Shown one piece after another: positions 1 to 12,179 of a stretch of 64,000 nt of DNA (position 1 is its first letter; every line of letters starts with the position of its first letter). Source of the stretch: Vicugna vicugna (lineage: Eukaryota); NCBI GenBank assembly GCA_013265495.1, contig MU057887.1, positions 321,985 through 385,984 of the forward strand, given 5' to 3'. The position numbers were made by a program, and so were the translations under genes. The notes under the pieces are model-generated. The model was not told the DNA's origin. It saw only the letters and a list, made by a program, of their open reading frames with translations, and did not search any database.

Positions 1-89
1 CCAGGCTTTCTGTTGCCCCATATCACCCCCGAATTGCTTCAGAGCAGCTACTCATCCGCAGTTGTTACATCCATTCGTGTACTGACTGC

Positions 90-222
90 ATTGCTCCTCA
101 CCAGAATCAAATCTCCACAAGTTCAGGGACCTGTTCTGTCTTGTCCCCACTGTGTCACCAAGGCCCAGGGCAGTACCTGGCTTACAGTCAGAGTCCAATA
201 AATATTTGTCCAATGAATGAAA
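90..222 (+). mobile_element. L2 3' end
   Basis: Ends in cctggcttacagt...caataaatatttgtccaatgaatgaa, typical of an L2 terminus. Confidence 0.65.
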
Positions 223-516
223 CAACCAAGAGCTAATCATGTTGTATAACCTTCACAGCACTTGTCCCTCCAGCTTGTTCATTAAGCTATGCGCTTGTCG
301 GCCGCGGCCGCCCTGACTAGACGGCGCGCTCCACGAAGGCCGGCCCCGCTCCGGCTCGGTCCCTGCTGCACGCACAGCACCAGAGCAGACCTGGGCGCAG
401 GGCCAGCCATGAATGAAGAGCTGCTGAACACTGGATGACTGTTGATGAAACCTTATCCTTTTATCAAATTCCCCAAAATAAAATTGTCTCAACATCTTTT
501 GCAGTGTAGCTTGATA

Positions 517-556
<40 letters not shown>
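517..556. repeat. (CT)n(CA)n microsatellite
   Basis: Direct reading. Confidence 0.95.
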
Positions 557-558
<2 letters not shown>

Positions 559-840
559 CTCATTAACCAGCACTACAGATTTTGACAAATTGTTTAGTGC
601 TTCTGGGCCAAAGGCATCATCTATACAAGGTGATTACACTACCCACCTTCTAAGGCTTCCACCAGCTCTAATCTCCTAATATTCTATATATTCTGCTTAA
701 CAGTACAAAGAGTTTAAACCATATCTTGTTCCCAGTACACTGACTTCAGTTCCTGGGCATCCCTACCCATGGGTGGATACGGGCATTTCCTGGGGAACTG
801 GTGACACCCCTTGGTGTCAGGTTCCACAGAGATACTGGTG

Positions 841-943
841 GGGGGAGGGTAGAGCTCAGTGGTAGAGCATGTGCTTAGCACGCACGAGATCCTGGATTCG
901 ATCTCCAGTACCTCCATTAAAAACAAACAAAGAAACAAACAAA
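841..943 (+). mobile_element. tRNA-derived SINE (camelid Vic-1-like)
   Basis: A box AGCTCAGTGGTAGAGC, B-box-like GGATTCGATCTCC, CCAGTACCTCCA and (AAAC)n tail. Confidence 0.85.
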
Positions 944-1438
944 CTCAGTACATCCACAGAAGTATTGCTGAAAGCCCCACAGCTCAGCCCTGGAGCCAGA
1001 AGCTCCACAGGGCGCCGAGTGGGGAAGATGGACACTGCCCTCAGTCTCTGCCACGGTGGAAGCCAGCTGGCCTAGATCAGTATCTGCTTACCACCTTCAC
1101 GGGCACAGATGATTTCTCTGAGACCCTCCTGGTGACACAGCTGTTTTGCTGTGGTCCGGCTGGTTCCGCCCTGCAGCCAGTCACCGTATATAGGTCAATG
1201 GATCAGCTATGCGGCAACACAACCAGCTGCTGGGCAGGCTGAAAATACCAGCCTGGCCGGTAACCTTCAGTCTTTTTGTCTCAACCTGAAATCTAAAAGG
1301 TCCGCCCAATCCCTGCATGTCTGGGGAGCACCTACAGCACAACTGATGCCTCAGGCGTGGCCTTTGTTCTCCTGAACTCAACATCTAGCAGGGAGACAAA
1401 ACAGGCATGAAAAGTTGCATTAAAATGCAAGAGTTTTT

Positions 1439-1442
<4 letters not shown>

Positions 1443-1470
<28 letters not shown>

Positions 1471-1474
1471 TAAA
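1443..1474. repeat. (AAAT)n repeat
   Basis: Direct reading. Confidence 0.9.
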
Positions 1475-1499
1475 TATGCAAGAGTTTTTTTTTAAGTAA

Positions 1500-2030
1500 G
1501 AAAAAAATAGCTCAGTAGAAAAAGCAAAGACTTATGAGTAAATAGCTCCAGAAGAGGACGCTCAGGTGGCCAGTGCACGTAGAAAAGAGATGCTCAACTT
1601 CACTGATAATTAAGGAATCTGCAAAGATGTGACATTAATCCGAGTGCAGACTGCTTAGTCTGAAAGCACCAGAGAATGTGGGGAACAGACACTGCAGGCC
1701 CGTAAACGGGCTCTGGGCAACGCGGGATCATGTCGCAGCTGCAGGTCTGAGTGCCCTCCAGTCCAGCAGTGCCACCCACGAGAGTGCACCTGCTCCCAAG
1801 GGACATGAGAAGGACGGTGACTGCAGCGCCATTCCCACGCTCCCGAGAAAAGAGGTCTGACTCTCTGAGGTGCAGTCCATCGCGTGGCGGAATACTGCAG
1901 AGCAGTTTGGACAAGTGGCCTGCGTCGCACGCATCCCATGGACGGTCCTCTGAGCAAGCTCAGTGAAGAACGCAAGTTACAGAATGATGGGTAACAGGGA
2001 GACACCACTTTTGCCCAGCGTAAAACACAT
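1500..2030 (+). mobile_element. Highly degraded old L1 (L1ME-like) ORF2 end/3'UTR
   Basis: gatgctcaacttcactgataattaaggaa and agtgaagaacgcaagttacagaa resemble L1M 3' motifs; strongly GC-shifted. Confidence 0.55.
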
Positions 2031-2334
2031 ACACAGTGGATATATTTTTTTCTGTTTTGTAGGTAAGTTCATTTGTGTCCTTTTTTTTTTAATTGAAGTA
2101 TAGTCAGTTCCAGTGTGTCAATTTCTTCAATGGCTATTGAGTGCATTTTGTGGATGCCTTCATTCGTAGCAGAGATACAAACAACCTGCCGGGGACTCTG
2201 TCAAGGGCAGAGGAGGAAAGGCGTGAGGGTAGAACTTTATGTCAATTATATTATTTTTCCTCAAAAGGCAGATAAATTAGAAAGAGGGCAGAGTGTCCAC
2301 AGTGGGCGCTCCCTATGGGGGTATCTTTTTGTTA

Positions 2335-2471
2335 TTTTTTTGGCCGGGGGCCGGAGGGAGGTAATTAGGTTTATTTACTTCTTTATTTATTTAATGGAGG
2401 CACCGGGGACTGAACCCAGGCCCTCGTGGGAGCTAAGCACACGCCCCACCGCCGAGCTGTACCCTCCCCCC
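2335..2471 (-). mobile_element. tRNA-derived SINE (Vic-1-like, long-tail form), GC-shifted
   Basis: Same body as the other copies plus the AAACCTAATTACCTCCC tail segment; approximate TSD tt(t/c)tgttatt. Confidence 0.85.
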
Positions 2472-3117
2472 ACTTCTGTTATTGTTCACGCTTTTCTGTA
2501 CATTGTAAGAATTTCATAATGAAACACTTTTAAAATAAAGTAAATAATTCTCCTGAAAAATGTGAGCAGTATAGCACTCCCCATTACAACAGCTGACAGG
2601 CTGAACAGGGCAGTGAGGGTCCTCTATTAAATAAATCCCCAGCACAATGAGCGCGCTGTGTCGCTGAGTGGCTTGTGAACAGTGGCTTGAGTGGTGGGCT
2701 GGGAAGGCTTCAGATGGAAGAGGCCGGATCCAAGCTGCGTCATGGAGAATGGTGTCCAGACTGCGTTCTTGGGAAGCAGACGCTGAGACGGAGGTTGGGG
2801 TGCAGGTGTTTACAAGGACCCACACGGGTGAAAGGAAGGGGCAGGTAGCAGCACTGGCAGCGGCAGCGGCAGCGCAGTGCAGGCCCCGCACGGCCACGGC
2901 CGGCCCAGCGACAGCACTGGAGCCACGCTGTCTGAGGTGATGGGGCCTTGTGCCTCCCCACTCACTCAGCCACCAAACGTAGGCTGCCTGGGAAAGGCCG
3001 TGACCTTGGCAAGGGGGCTCCGAGGGAGGGTGCTGACGCCGGGAGGCTGTCGACTGCATTCCTTGCACCTGCCTGGTCTGCCTCCACGGCCTGTCCCACG
3101 CCCACCACACACAGGCT

Positions 3118-3935
3118 TTCTTAGAACAGACTTTCCTTTTTAAAGCAGTTTTAGGTTCACAGTAAAATTGAGCAGAAAGTTCAGAGAGTTCCCACATACG
3201 CTGTGCCCACATACACACAACCTCCCGTTATCAACATCCGCCTCCAGGTGCGTTTGTTACAGTTAATGAACCTGCACTGACACATTGTTGTCTCCCAAAG
3301 TCCACAGTTGACATCACAGTTCACTCTTGGTGTTGGACATTCTGTGGGTTTGGACAAAATTATAATGGCATGTACCCACCATGACAGTATCACACAGAGC
3401 AGTTTCACTGCCCTAAAAATCCTCTGTGCTCCGCCTGTTCACCCCTCCCCGCCCCCAGTCCCTGGCAACCACTGTCTTCATAGTTTCGTCTTTTCCAGAA
3501 TGTCATAGTTGGAATCATCCAGTGTGTAGCCTTTTCAGATTGGCTCCTCTCACTCGGTAAAATGCATTTAAGGTCCTTCCATGCCTTTTCACGGCTTGGT
3601 AGCTCATTTTTTTTAATCACTGAATAATATTCCATTGTCTGGATGGACCACAGTTTATTTATCCATTCCCTGAATAACATTTTGGTTGTGTCCAAGTTTT
3701 GGTGATCATGGATAAAGCTGCTATAAACATCCATGTCCAGGTTTTGGTGTGGATGTAAGTTTTCAACTTATTTGGGTAAATACCAAGAGACAAAGCTGCT
3801 GGGTCATATGGTTGAGTAGCTTTGTCAGAAACCACCAAACCGTCTTCCAAGGCGGTGGTACCATTCTGCACTCCCAACTGCTGTGAATGGGAGTTCCTGT
3901 TGCTCCACGCCCTCGCCAGCATTTGGTGTTGTCTC
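3118..3935 (-). mobile_element. L1 (L1MB/L1MC-type) 3' region
   Basis: gcagttttaggttcacagtaaaattgagcagaaag and gaataatattccattgtctggatggaccacagtttatttatcc. Confidence 0.85.
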
Positions 3936-4714
3936 CCCTCCTGGTAGATCTCAAAAGAGCTCCAGGGCAGGGCTCTCTCATTGCAGGGGACATGGAGCAG
4001 CTCTCTGCATGGGACCACAGGATAGTGGCAGCTCTCTCCAAGGAAAATCCCAGCCAGCCTCCTCCTTCCTCCTCTGGTCTCTTTCTAACACCTTGATGGG
4101 TGGAAGGTCCAAGATTCATGGAAATAGTCCTTGAAATTGTCCTTGCAAATTCTGCAGGGTGAATCTGGCTTTAGGATGTCACATCTATTGTACCTTGGTG
4201 TTGCCCATGAAGAATCAATTTTAACAAACCGTTATGTCTAAACTCTGCAGTTACAGCCACCTTGCGTTACCCTGCAATTACATAAGAGAGAAAAATCTGG
4301 ATCCAGATGCACCATCTTCCAATCTCACACCTGCAGAAGAAACAGAGGTGCCGGCAGCCCATCTGAACTGCTGCAGAGACACATAAATGGCAGAGAACTG
4401 CTGTGAGGTTTCTGGCTCCTCTGGACAAACAGGAAACCGATCACCACATGGGTGCCCAGCTGTCTCGAATCCATGCCGCTCGCATTTCTCCCACAAATGT
4501 TACATGGGCCTTTCCTGACACTCGTTCCCCTGTGGAAACAGGGTTCTGTTTCTCTCGGTATGTGCCTCTTCCCACTCAAAGGCGGGACTGGTTGGTGGGG
4601 ATACTCAACAGTCAGTAACTCGAAGATCTCCCTCGTTCTTGTAGCCCTCGTCTTAGTTCAGCATCCCCGAGAAGCAGCCCCTGCAGCAGAGACCCGAGCG
4701 CCCACGGCTTACTA

Positions 4715-5122
4715 GGGGGCTGTCAGGTTCCTGCACCACAAGCTGGGGCGTGCTATCTCAATGGGAGTGGACTCTCTCCCAGGTCTGGGGGCCAGCGGGC
4801 CACGCTCCCCCTGGATGCCCTGGGGGAGGCTCTGTCCCATGCTTCTCCTTGGCCTCCAGTGTCCGCCAGCACTCCTGGGTTCTCCTCAGCTGGCTGATGC
4901 GTCCCACCAGGCTCTGCCTCCATCTCCTCATCTGTGTCTCTCTGTGTCTCCTCCTTGTAAGGACATCGATCATATTGGATCAGGGCCCACCCTAATTCAG
5001 TGTGACCTCATCTTAACTTGATCATGTCGGCAAAGACCCTACTTCCAAATCAGGTTGCATTCACAGGTACTGAGAGTTAGGGGTTCCACATATCTTTCAG
5101 GGGCACACGATTCAACCCATAA
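4715..5122 (-). mobile_element. MaLR LTR (MLT1-type), nested in an older ERVL-type LTR (~4650-5290)
   Basis: gtaaggacatcgatcatattggatcagggcccaccctaattcagtgtgacctcatcttaact...ttcaacccataa. Confidence 0.75.
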
Positions 5123-6547
5123 TAGGAGGTGATCCTGGGGAACTGAAATGAGGTAGGCTGGGATGTGAAGCAAGAAGGGAAAGAACCAATACAGAGTGTC
5201 ATCACGCATGCTGCCCACGGGGGACCTGGCTCCATCCACAGGGGTGCTCTGGAAGACGGCACAGAACACATCTCAGAGTTAGTCCCCTGGGCTTCTCCAC
5301 CTGCTCCCCGTCCAACATCATGTGAGGGTGGTTTCTAGGGGATTAACTGTCTTGTACTTCTGACTTGGTTTGCCCAATGCCGAGGCCCAGTAAAGTCTCA
5401 GAGCCAGGAAAAAAGGCCTCAGAACTCAAGTCTCAGGTGCTTGTGGTCAGTAGATCTCAGTGTGTAGAGACAAGGACTGAGGGAAGGGCAGGAAGCCAAC
5501 AGCGTTGGCCACACACCGCGACAGACTCAGCTTAATTCTAATCAGTGAAAATCAGAACAAATATATGAGACATTCGATTCACTGAGGCTCCACCCAAGGT
5601 CTTTAATCCTTAACTATCAACTCAGATGTTAAATGTGGTCACTCACATGGTGGGAAGGATACTGACGCAGTGAGGTCCCGGGACAGAAGCTAGGTGACCT
5701 GGGACAGAAGTTAGCAGATGGCACCCTCCATGGTTTTGTTGAGCTACCACCTTAATCTCCTCCTCTTGGGTTGGAAGAGTCAGTGCCCTGAATCAGGAGT
5801 TGGAAAGTGCGTACCAACCCTACCATCTGCCCTATTTTGTCCCTTGTGCCAGTGTGCAGTCAACATCCCTTTCCGGACACGCCGGGAAGAAAATGGGCCA
5901 GGCCCTGCCACACCTCATTTCAAAGACTGCCAGCCACTCTGCTAACAGAATCGAATCCTCCTCTCAGCCCTCGCACATACAAAGCCCGAGGTGCTAGCAC
6001 TGCACAGGAACTTGCTTCCTTCAGAAGTGATCAGAGCAAACCTACTCGCTAGGGGAAGGCAACAAAGCAGGGGAACGGGAGTCTAAATATCTCGGGCACT
6101 TCCCTTGAGACGTAATTAGTGCATCTTGGAAATCATTCATTTCTAGCTCTGTCATAATTCTCAGCAGCAGGTTAAGCTGCTGAGAATGAGGTAACAACTA
6201 TTAATTAGTACCTAGATTCATCAAGTAATGATGAAAAGTAGGAAGAAATTGGTTTGGGGACTGGAAAGTATAAGCCATTCCATACATCGATTCCTACCAT
6301 AGTCGTACCAGTCTGGCTGCTGAGCGTAAGGGCGATCAGCCTGCTGACCAAGGGCCTGCCTGCTGCCCTGAGAGCCTGGCGTGCTGCTCCCACTGGCGAC
6401 AGGTACAAGACCGTGCTCTGCTGGGTGAAGGCTTCCCAAACCAGCCCAGTCCAGAGCTGCTTCCCTGTTCTCTGAATTCTGAGACCCGCCACCTGTGAGT
6501 TCATCCTGTCTGGTCCTGGGACACAGCTTGTGCTGTTGCCTTCTATC

Positions 6548-6674
6548 ATTTTTTTTTGAGGTGGGGGGAGGGGAATTTGGTTTATTTATTTATTTTTTTT
6601 AATGGAGGTACTGGGGATTGAACCCAGGACCTCATACCTGTTATGCGCACGCTCTACCACGAGCTACATCCTCC
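6548..6674 (-). mobile_element. tRNA-derived SINE (Vic-1-like)
   Basis: AATGGAGGTACTGGGGATTGAACCCAGGACC core; approximate TSD tct(a/g)tcatt. Confidence 0.85.
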
Positions 6675-8154
6675 TCATCTGTCATTGTTAGACTCAGACT
6701 GTTGCTTTACTTCTCCTGTCACTTTTACAGATTCCCAGCGAGAATACAAACGTGAGGGGAGAGACCACAGCCACTCCCTTTGTGTCCAGAATTGAGTCCT
6801 GGTATCAATGGAGTCACTCAACTTTAATTGAGAGATGTATTACCTTCCCGCAGAAAAGACACTTATCAGCCACTGAGTGGGAACTTGTGGATCATGAGCT
6901 TCAGGTCATTCAGAACTGAGGCTTTGGAATAGCAACCTACTGGTACACGGAGATGGAGGAGAGGGGGAGGAGGGACCCTCGAAACAATCTCAGGGTCACT
7001 GAGGCTGAAACCCTCCAGCGACTCAATGAGAGGGATTGTGGTGATGGAAGTGAGAGCTAGACTTTCCTTGTTTGAATTAAAAGTCTTCTTTAAAATAGTC
7101 ATAAAACATTACTAGTCTCATTTGGACTCTACTGAAAGTAATTGCTTTGCCTTCATGTTCTAGCCATTTTTGATACAAGGAGAGGTCAACAGAGAAACCC
7201 TGGCTGATCTTGTCTGGGCCATGGAGACAAGCTTGGGTGTGTGGACCTGGGTCTCTTCCATCAGGCAGTGTCTTAGAGAGACTGTTCATTCATTCATCCA
7301 TCAAATGTGTACTGTGCCTTAACAATGGGCAAGGTATGGTGCTAGCCACTGTCTGGGGAAGGGTGGGGTCTAGTGAGTGGAAAGGAGGATGAACAGACAG
7401 ATGAATCAAAGATCAGCTTAGAGATGAAACTGGCAAATGAATAACTATGATTCTGCAGGGAATGATAAGAGGCCTAAGAAGTTCGGAGAAAGTTCTTGAA
7501 AGCACTGAGGAAATATGATGGTAACTGAAATACAAAGACATTGTGTTGACTACCTCTGTCTCATGATTTCTAGCAGGAAAGTGTAGAAACTAGAGAATCC
7601 TCTGGAACCAGGTAAGTGTCCACCTCAATCATTGCATTCATTGCTTTAAATACATTGTATTTGTTCACTATGTGTCTGGATACATTGAATTTATGTATAT
7701 TATATTTGAATATATTCTATTTATCAATTTAAATGCATTGTATTTATTGATTAAAGGGTCATGGTAAGCATAGATACTGTGGACATATCATGTAGAAGTT
7801 TCTGTTCCACGACAAATAAAATGACTTGAAGTGGTTGCAAATATGCTGGTGCTTAAATGGCCTAAGTGGTTCTTCTCCAGCAAGGAGGAGAGATATTTAC
7901 ACACTTTGGCTCAGGCACCCACCAAAGATGCAGTGTTAGACTGGGGGCAGGTCCCAGACAGAGTTTCCCGTGGCTCAGAGTGCGGCTCCGGAAGCCAACT
8001 GCAGCTCACACATGGCCTCATATGCTCACCTGTGCCCCAGGCAATCTGCTCAACATCTCATGCTTCAGCTTCCTCACTCTCTTAGGTTGTTGTGAGGATT
8101 AAAAGAGCTCACACGTAGAGGTGGGGGGGGCTGCACAAATGTTAACCAGCTGTT

Positions 8155-8337
8155 ATCATCATCATCGCCATCACCACCATCACCACCATCATCATCGCCA
8201 CCACCACCATTATCACCATTATCACCATCACCATTATCACCATCATTACCACCACCATCACCACCACCATCATCATCATATCACCACCATCACCGCCATC
8301 AACATCACCATCACCATCATCATCACCATCATCATCA
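8155..8337. repeat. Imperfect (CAT/CAC)n trinucleotide repeat at the tail of a MIR
   Basis: Direct reading; MIR core ggttgttgtgaggattaaa lies just upstream. Confidence 0.95.
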
Positions 8338-8943
8338 GACCGTGGCAGACTCTGTCCTGATAGCTCCTAGCAGGAAGAACAGCAGGCAGGTAAAGAGGAG
8401 AAAAGCAGCCAGAAGCAGCCAATCCAAGCTGATTTTTAAATGAGGATTTGGAGGTAATTTCCTGTAATCTTGAACAAGAGGTATGTGAGACCGTTCTTTC
8501 CTTTATCCAAAAGACAGCAAAGTCAGGCTGGCTGTCTTCAGTGTGGGGCAGGGGAAGGACGTTCAGGAAAAGACTCTGTGGTACTCCTCCTGAACGATCC
8601 AATCCGCGAAGCCAGCGATCAGGGAATTTCTTTTCCCAGCCTCTCTCACCCTCCTGTGGCCTACAGCTGACCTGTGCACCAGTGCTCAGCTGGTTGGGTC
8701 TGGCTTCAAAGCAGAGTTGACCGGATTTTTCTGGCAGAAAGTATGAGCCCTGATTGGCTTAGATTGGAAATCAGTGGGAAAAGAAAAAAGGAGGGTGGAA
8801 TGTGACAGCAGTGTGAGTGGGAAAAAACATTTTTGAGATAAAATCGAAAGTGCTGCTGCGGTCACCAAGAAAAATGGCCGATGAAAGCCACACCCATTTC
8901 TTTCTACGTTAAAGACTTTGCCATGCATTTAACTTGCAATGAT

Positions 8944-9383
8944 TGTTCAAAAATATTCAATGATGCTTGTCAAAGATAGTAGGGCAGACTTTATTCAGGA
9001 CCATCACTATATGTACAGGGACCACTGCAGTGGGATTCTGCAGCCAAGGGATTTATTAGCCAAGGAACAGGCTGGAGTCAGTGGATAGAAAATTACTGGG
9101 AGGAAACGTCAGGGATAAGGGGGATTCTGGCCAAACCACCCAAACAGGATTCTTCCTGAAGACAGGCCAGGGAGACAGGACATCACCTGGGGGGAGGGGG
9201 CGGTGGAGGTGAGGAGCCGGATCAGATTACCGTGGTGATCAGATATCAAGGATGGGGGAGGTCCTGGTTAAATTGATTCAGCAGGGAACTTGCCAAAACT
9301 AGGTTTTACAGGGTCCCCCAGGTGAGCCTAGGAGGAGGTTCAGGAGCCTGACTAAAGTTTGCTCAAACAAAGAATCTTTGTCA
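8944..9383 (-). mobile_element. ERV1 solo LTR (MER31-like)
   Basis: TG...CA ends; ggagcctgactaaagtttgctcaa...tctttgtca; flanks tgat/taat fit a decayed 4-bp TSD. Confidence 0.75.
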
Positions 9384-9639
9384 TAATAAAAGTCTTCTTT
9401 TTAAAAAATGTAATAATAAGAGACACTATGAGACAAACTCCATTTTACAACTGTAACCTACAAAAAAAGACAAGATAAATGAAAAAGATAAACCATAAAG
9501 AAAAGATACACTAGTTTTAAAAGTATCTTGAACTAAATTTGTTTAAAGGTGTAATATTAACCTGTGTGCTAGTTAAACAATTTTTTTGAAATTTTAAGCT
9601 TCAAACAAAATCTTTCAAGGATGGAAAAATAGAAAAGAA

Positions 9640-9955
9640 TGCATAGAAATAAGCCAGACACAAAAGGACAAACATTGTATGACTCTATTTATATAGGTAC
9701 CTATAATAGGCAAATTCATAGAGAAAGAAAGTTTAATAGAGGTTACCAGGGGCTGGGATGGGGGAGTGAGGAGTGAGTGTTTAACAGGTAGAGAGTTACT
9801 GTTTGGGCAGATTAAAAAGTTCTGGAAAGGAATGGTGGTCATGGTTGTACAATATTGTGAATGTACTTAATACCATGGCATTTGACACTCAAATGTGGTT
9901 CAAATGATCGTTTTTTGTTATATTTTGCCACAATAAAAAAATCGTTTAAAAAATA
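9640..9955 (+). mobile_element. L1MB-type 3' end
   Basis: aagccagacacaaaaggacaaacattgtatga...aatattgtgaatgtacttaataccat. Confidence 0.8.
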
Positions 9956-10129
9956 CCTAAGTGCAGGGCTGTTGAATACCATCACGCCATTTTGCACCCT
10001 TGGACTTGTGCAGCGCACAACCTGAATATGGCGTCCCTGTCCAGACACTCTACTTCCTGATAAAAAGTAACAGAACTTGTATTCATATTTTTTTTCTTTA
10101 AGGCAAGACTCTCAGTTGACTTTCGTTTA

Positions 10130-10233
10130 AGAAAGAAAGAAGGAGAGAGAGAGAAAGAAATAAGGGAAGGAAGGAAGGGAGGATGGGCTGAGGGAAGGAA
10201 GGAAGGAGGGAAGGGAGGGAGGGAGGGAAAGAA
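10130..10233. repeat. GA-rich (GGAA/GGGA)n repeat
   Basis: Direct reading. Confidence 0.9.
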
Positions 10234-10329
10234 AGTTCATCAGTGCACCAGAAAGAGCAATGGTTGCGTTCAGAGACATAACAAGTGTGAGGGAAGGCAA
10301 ATCAGGGAAACTTTAGGCAGAGAAAATGG

Positions 10330-10900
10330 AAAAAAGTGGATGCAGCAGGTTGTGTTTGGGAAGTGGAGTCAACCAGAATTTTTCTGTTTACAGATGGGTT
10401 CTGAGAGAAAGGGAAGAATCAAAGATGACCTAAACTAGTGGGAGTACCATCCACAGGGATGGGGGAGGCTAGGAGAGAAGCAGCTGGGAGACGGGGCTGG
10501 GTCAAGGGGAGCAGAAGTTGGGTTTTAGCAGAACCAGCTTTGAGAAGCCTTTAGACATCCACATGGAAATAATGAGAAGACAGATGGATATGAGTCTGGT
10601 GTTTCTGAAAAAGGTCAGGGAAGAACATACACATTTTTGAGTCGAAGTTAAAGGAATACACGAGATCACCTGTAGAGTGTAGATAAGAAAGGAGAACAGG
10701 GCCCCGGGGCACTCCAACACTGAGAGATCTGGCAGAGGAGGGGCAGCCCTGAGGCAGAAGGAGACCCAGACAAGTGTGGTATCTTGTAGCCTCCAGAGGG
10801 AAGTACTTCAAGGAGAGAACAGTCACCCACAGGAGGGACGCCGAGAGACGCGGTAACTCTGGGTGAGGAAAACATACTTTCATTACTTGCATCCATGTTC
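10330..10900 (-). mobile_element. L2 fragment
   Basis: gagagaaagggaagaatcaaagatgacc and tttgagaagcctttagacatcc. Confidence 0.6.
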
Positions 10901-11074
10901 TCCATAAAATATGAGGCAGCCATCCACTAAGTAGTGGCAGATTTGAGGACAGAAGTAAAGGTATAGAAGTCACCTAGTCGGGTATGAAAGTAAACTTCCT
11001 AGGGAAGAACAGCAGGATGTTCTGGCAGGTTTGAGTTCCATTCGAGAGCTGTGGTCCATAAAGGAAAAAGAAGT

Positions 11075-12140
11075 TCCGCCTCATTCCATGAGGCCATTAT
11101 CACCAAGATATCAAAACCAGTCAGAGACATCCCAAGAATAGAGAACTGTAGACCAATGTCTCTTATGAATATAATGCAAAAATCCTCAATAAAACACAGG
11201 CAAATTAAATCCAGAGATATAAAATGGATTATGCACCATGACCAAAACGGAATTTATCCCAGGAATGCAATTTGCTTTAACATCTCAAAATCAATTAATA
11301 CACCATATCAGTAGAGTAAAGGACGAAAATAAAAAAAAAACCCACATGATCATCTCAGTAAACACAGAAAAGGCATTTGACAAAATTCACCTTTTCATGA
11401 AAATGTTTGGCAAACTTAAGAATAGAAAGGAACTTCCTCAACTTGACGTCGCACTTCACGGTGCAAGGCTAAATCCCCCCGGGACTCCCCCAAGGCCGGG
11501 GACCAGACTGGGATGTCTGCTCTTCCTACTTCCTTGCAACATTTAATAGAGGTTCCAGGCAGCGAAATTAGGCAATAAAAAGAAATAAAAGGCATTTGGA
11601 TTCAAAATGAAAGGGCAAAACTATCTCTACTCACAGGCATGACCCTGTTTGTAAAAACTCCTAAGGAATCCACACAAATGATTAGAACTAATAAACAAGT
11701 TCAGCGAAGTTACAGGGAGCAAGGCCAGTGTGCAAAATTCTACTGCGTGTGTATACGTTACTGACAGAAAACTGAAAATGAGACAAAAACAACTGCCTCT
11801 GTAATAGTGTCAGTGAGAATAAAGTACTTGGGGAGAAATCCAACAAAAGATGTGTAAGACTTGTACCCTGAAAACCACAAAACACCGTGGGGAGAAATCA
11901 GAGAAGATTTAAATAAATGGGAAGACAGCCACGCGCACGGACCGGAAGACCTAATGGGGCTAGAATGGCAATGCCCCCCCGGACAGGTTCGGCGGAATCC
12001 CTGCACGACTCCCCGCCGGTGCGGAGGAAGACAGGCGGCCGCGTGCCACAGCCGTCCGCCAACCCACGCGGGGAAGCGGCTGGCCCGCCGCTAGAGGAGA
12101 GCCACGCGAAGAGGACGCGCGCGGAGCACAGGAGACGATT
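11075..12140 (+). mobile_element. L1 ORF2 (reverse transcriptase region) fossil
   Basis: Frameshifted peptides ENCRPMSLMN, HMIISVNTEKAFDKI, EDLNKWED are typical of L1 ORF2. Confidence 0.9.
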
Positions 12141-12179
12141 AGTAAGTGACCAGGGAATGAATGGACGAATGAAAGCTTT

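Noticed and set aside
841..915. tRNA gene
   Set aside because: The same head with an A-rich tail, usually with TSDs, occurs six times in the window; these are SINEs, not tRNA genes.
2514..3218. 234-aa minus-strand ORF
   Set aside because: Begins inside an L1 3' end and crosses GC-rich low-complexity DNA; no recognisable domain.
8121..8360. Poly-histidine ORF
   Set aside because: It is the translation of a CAT/CAC microsatellite, with no ATG start or splice context.
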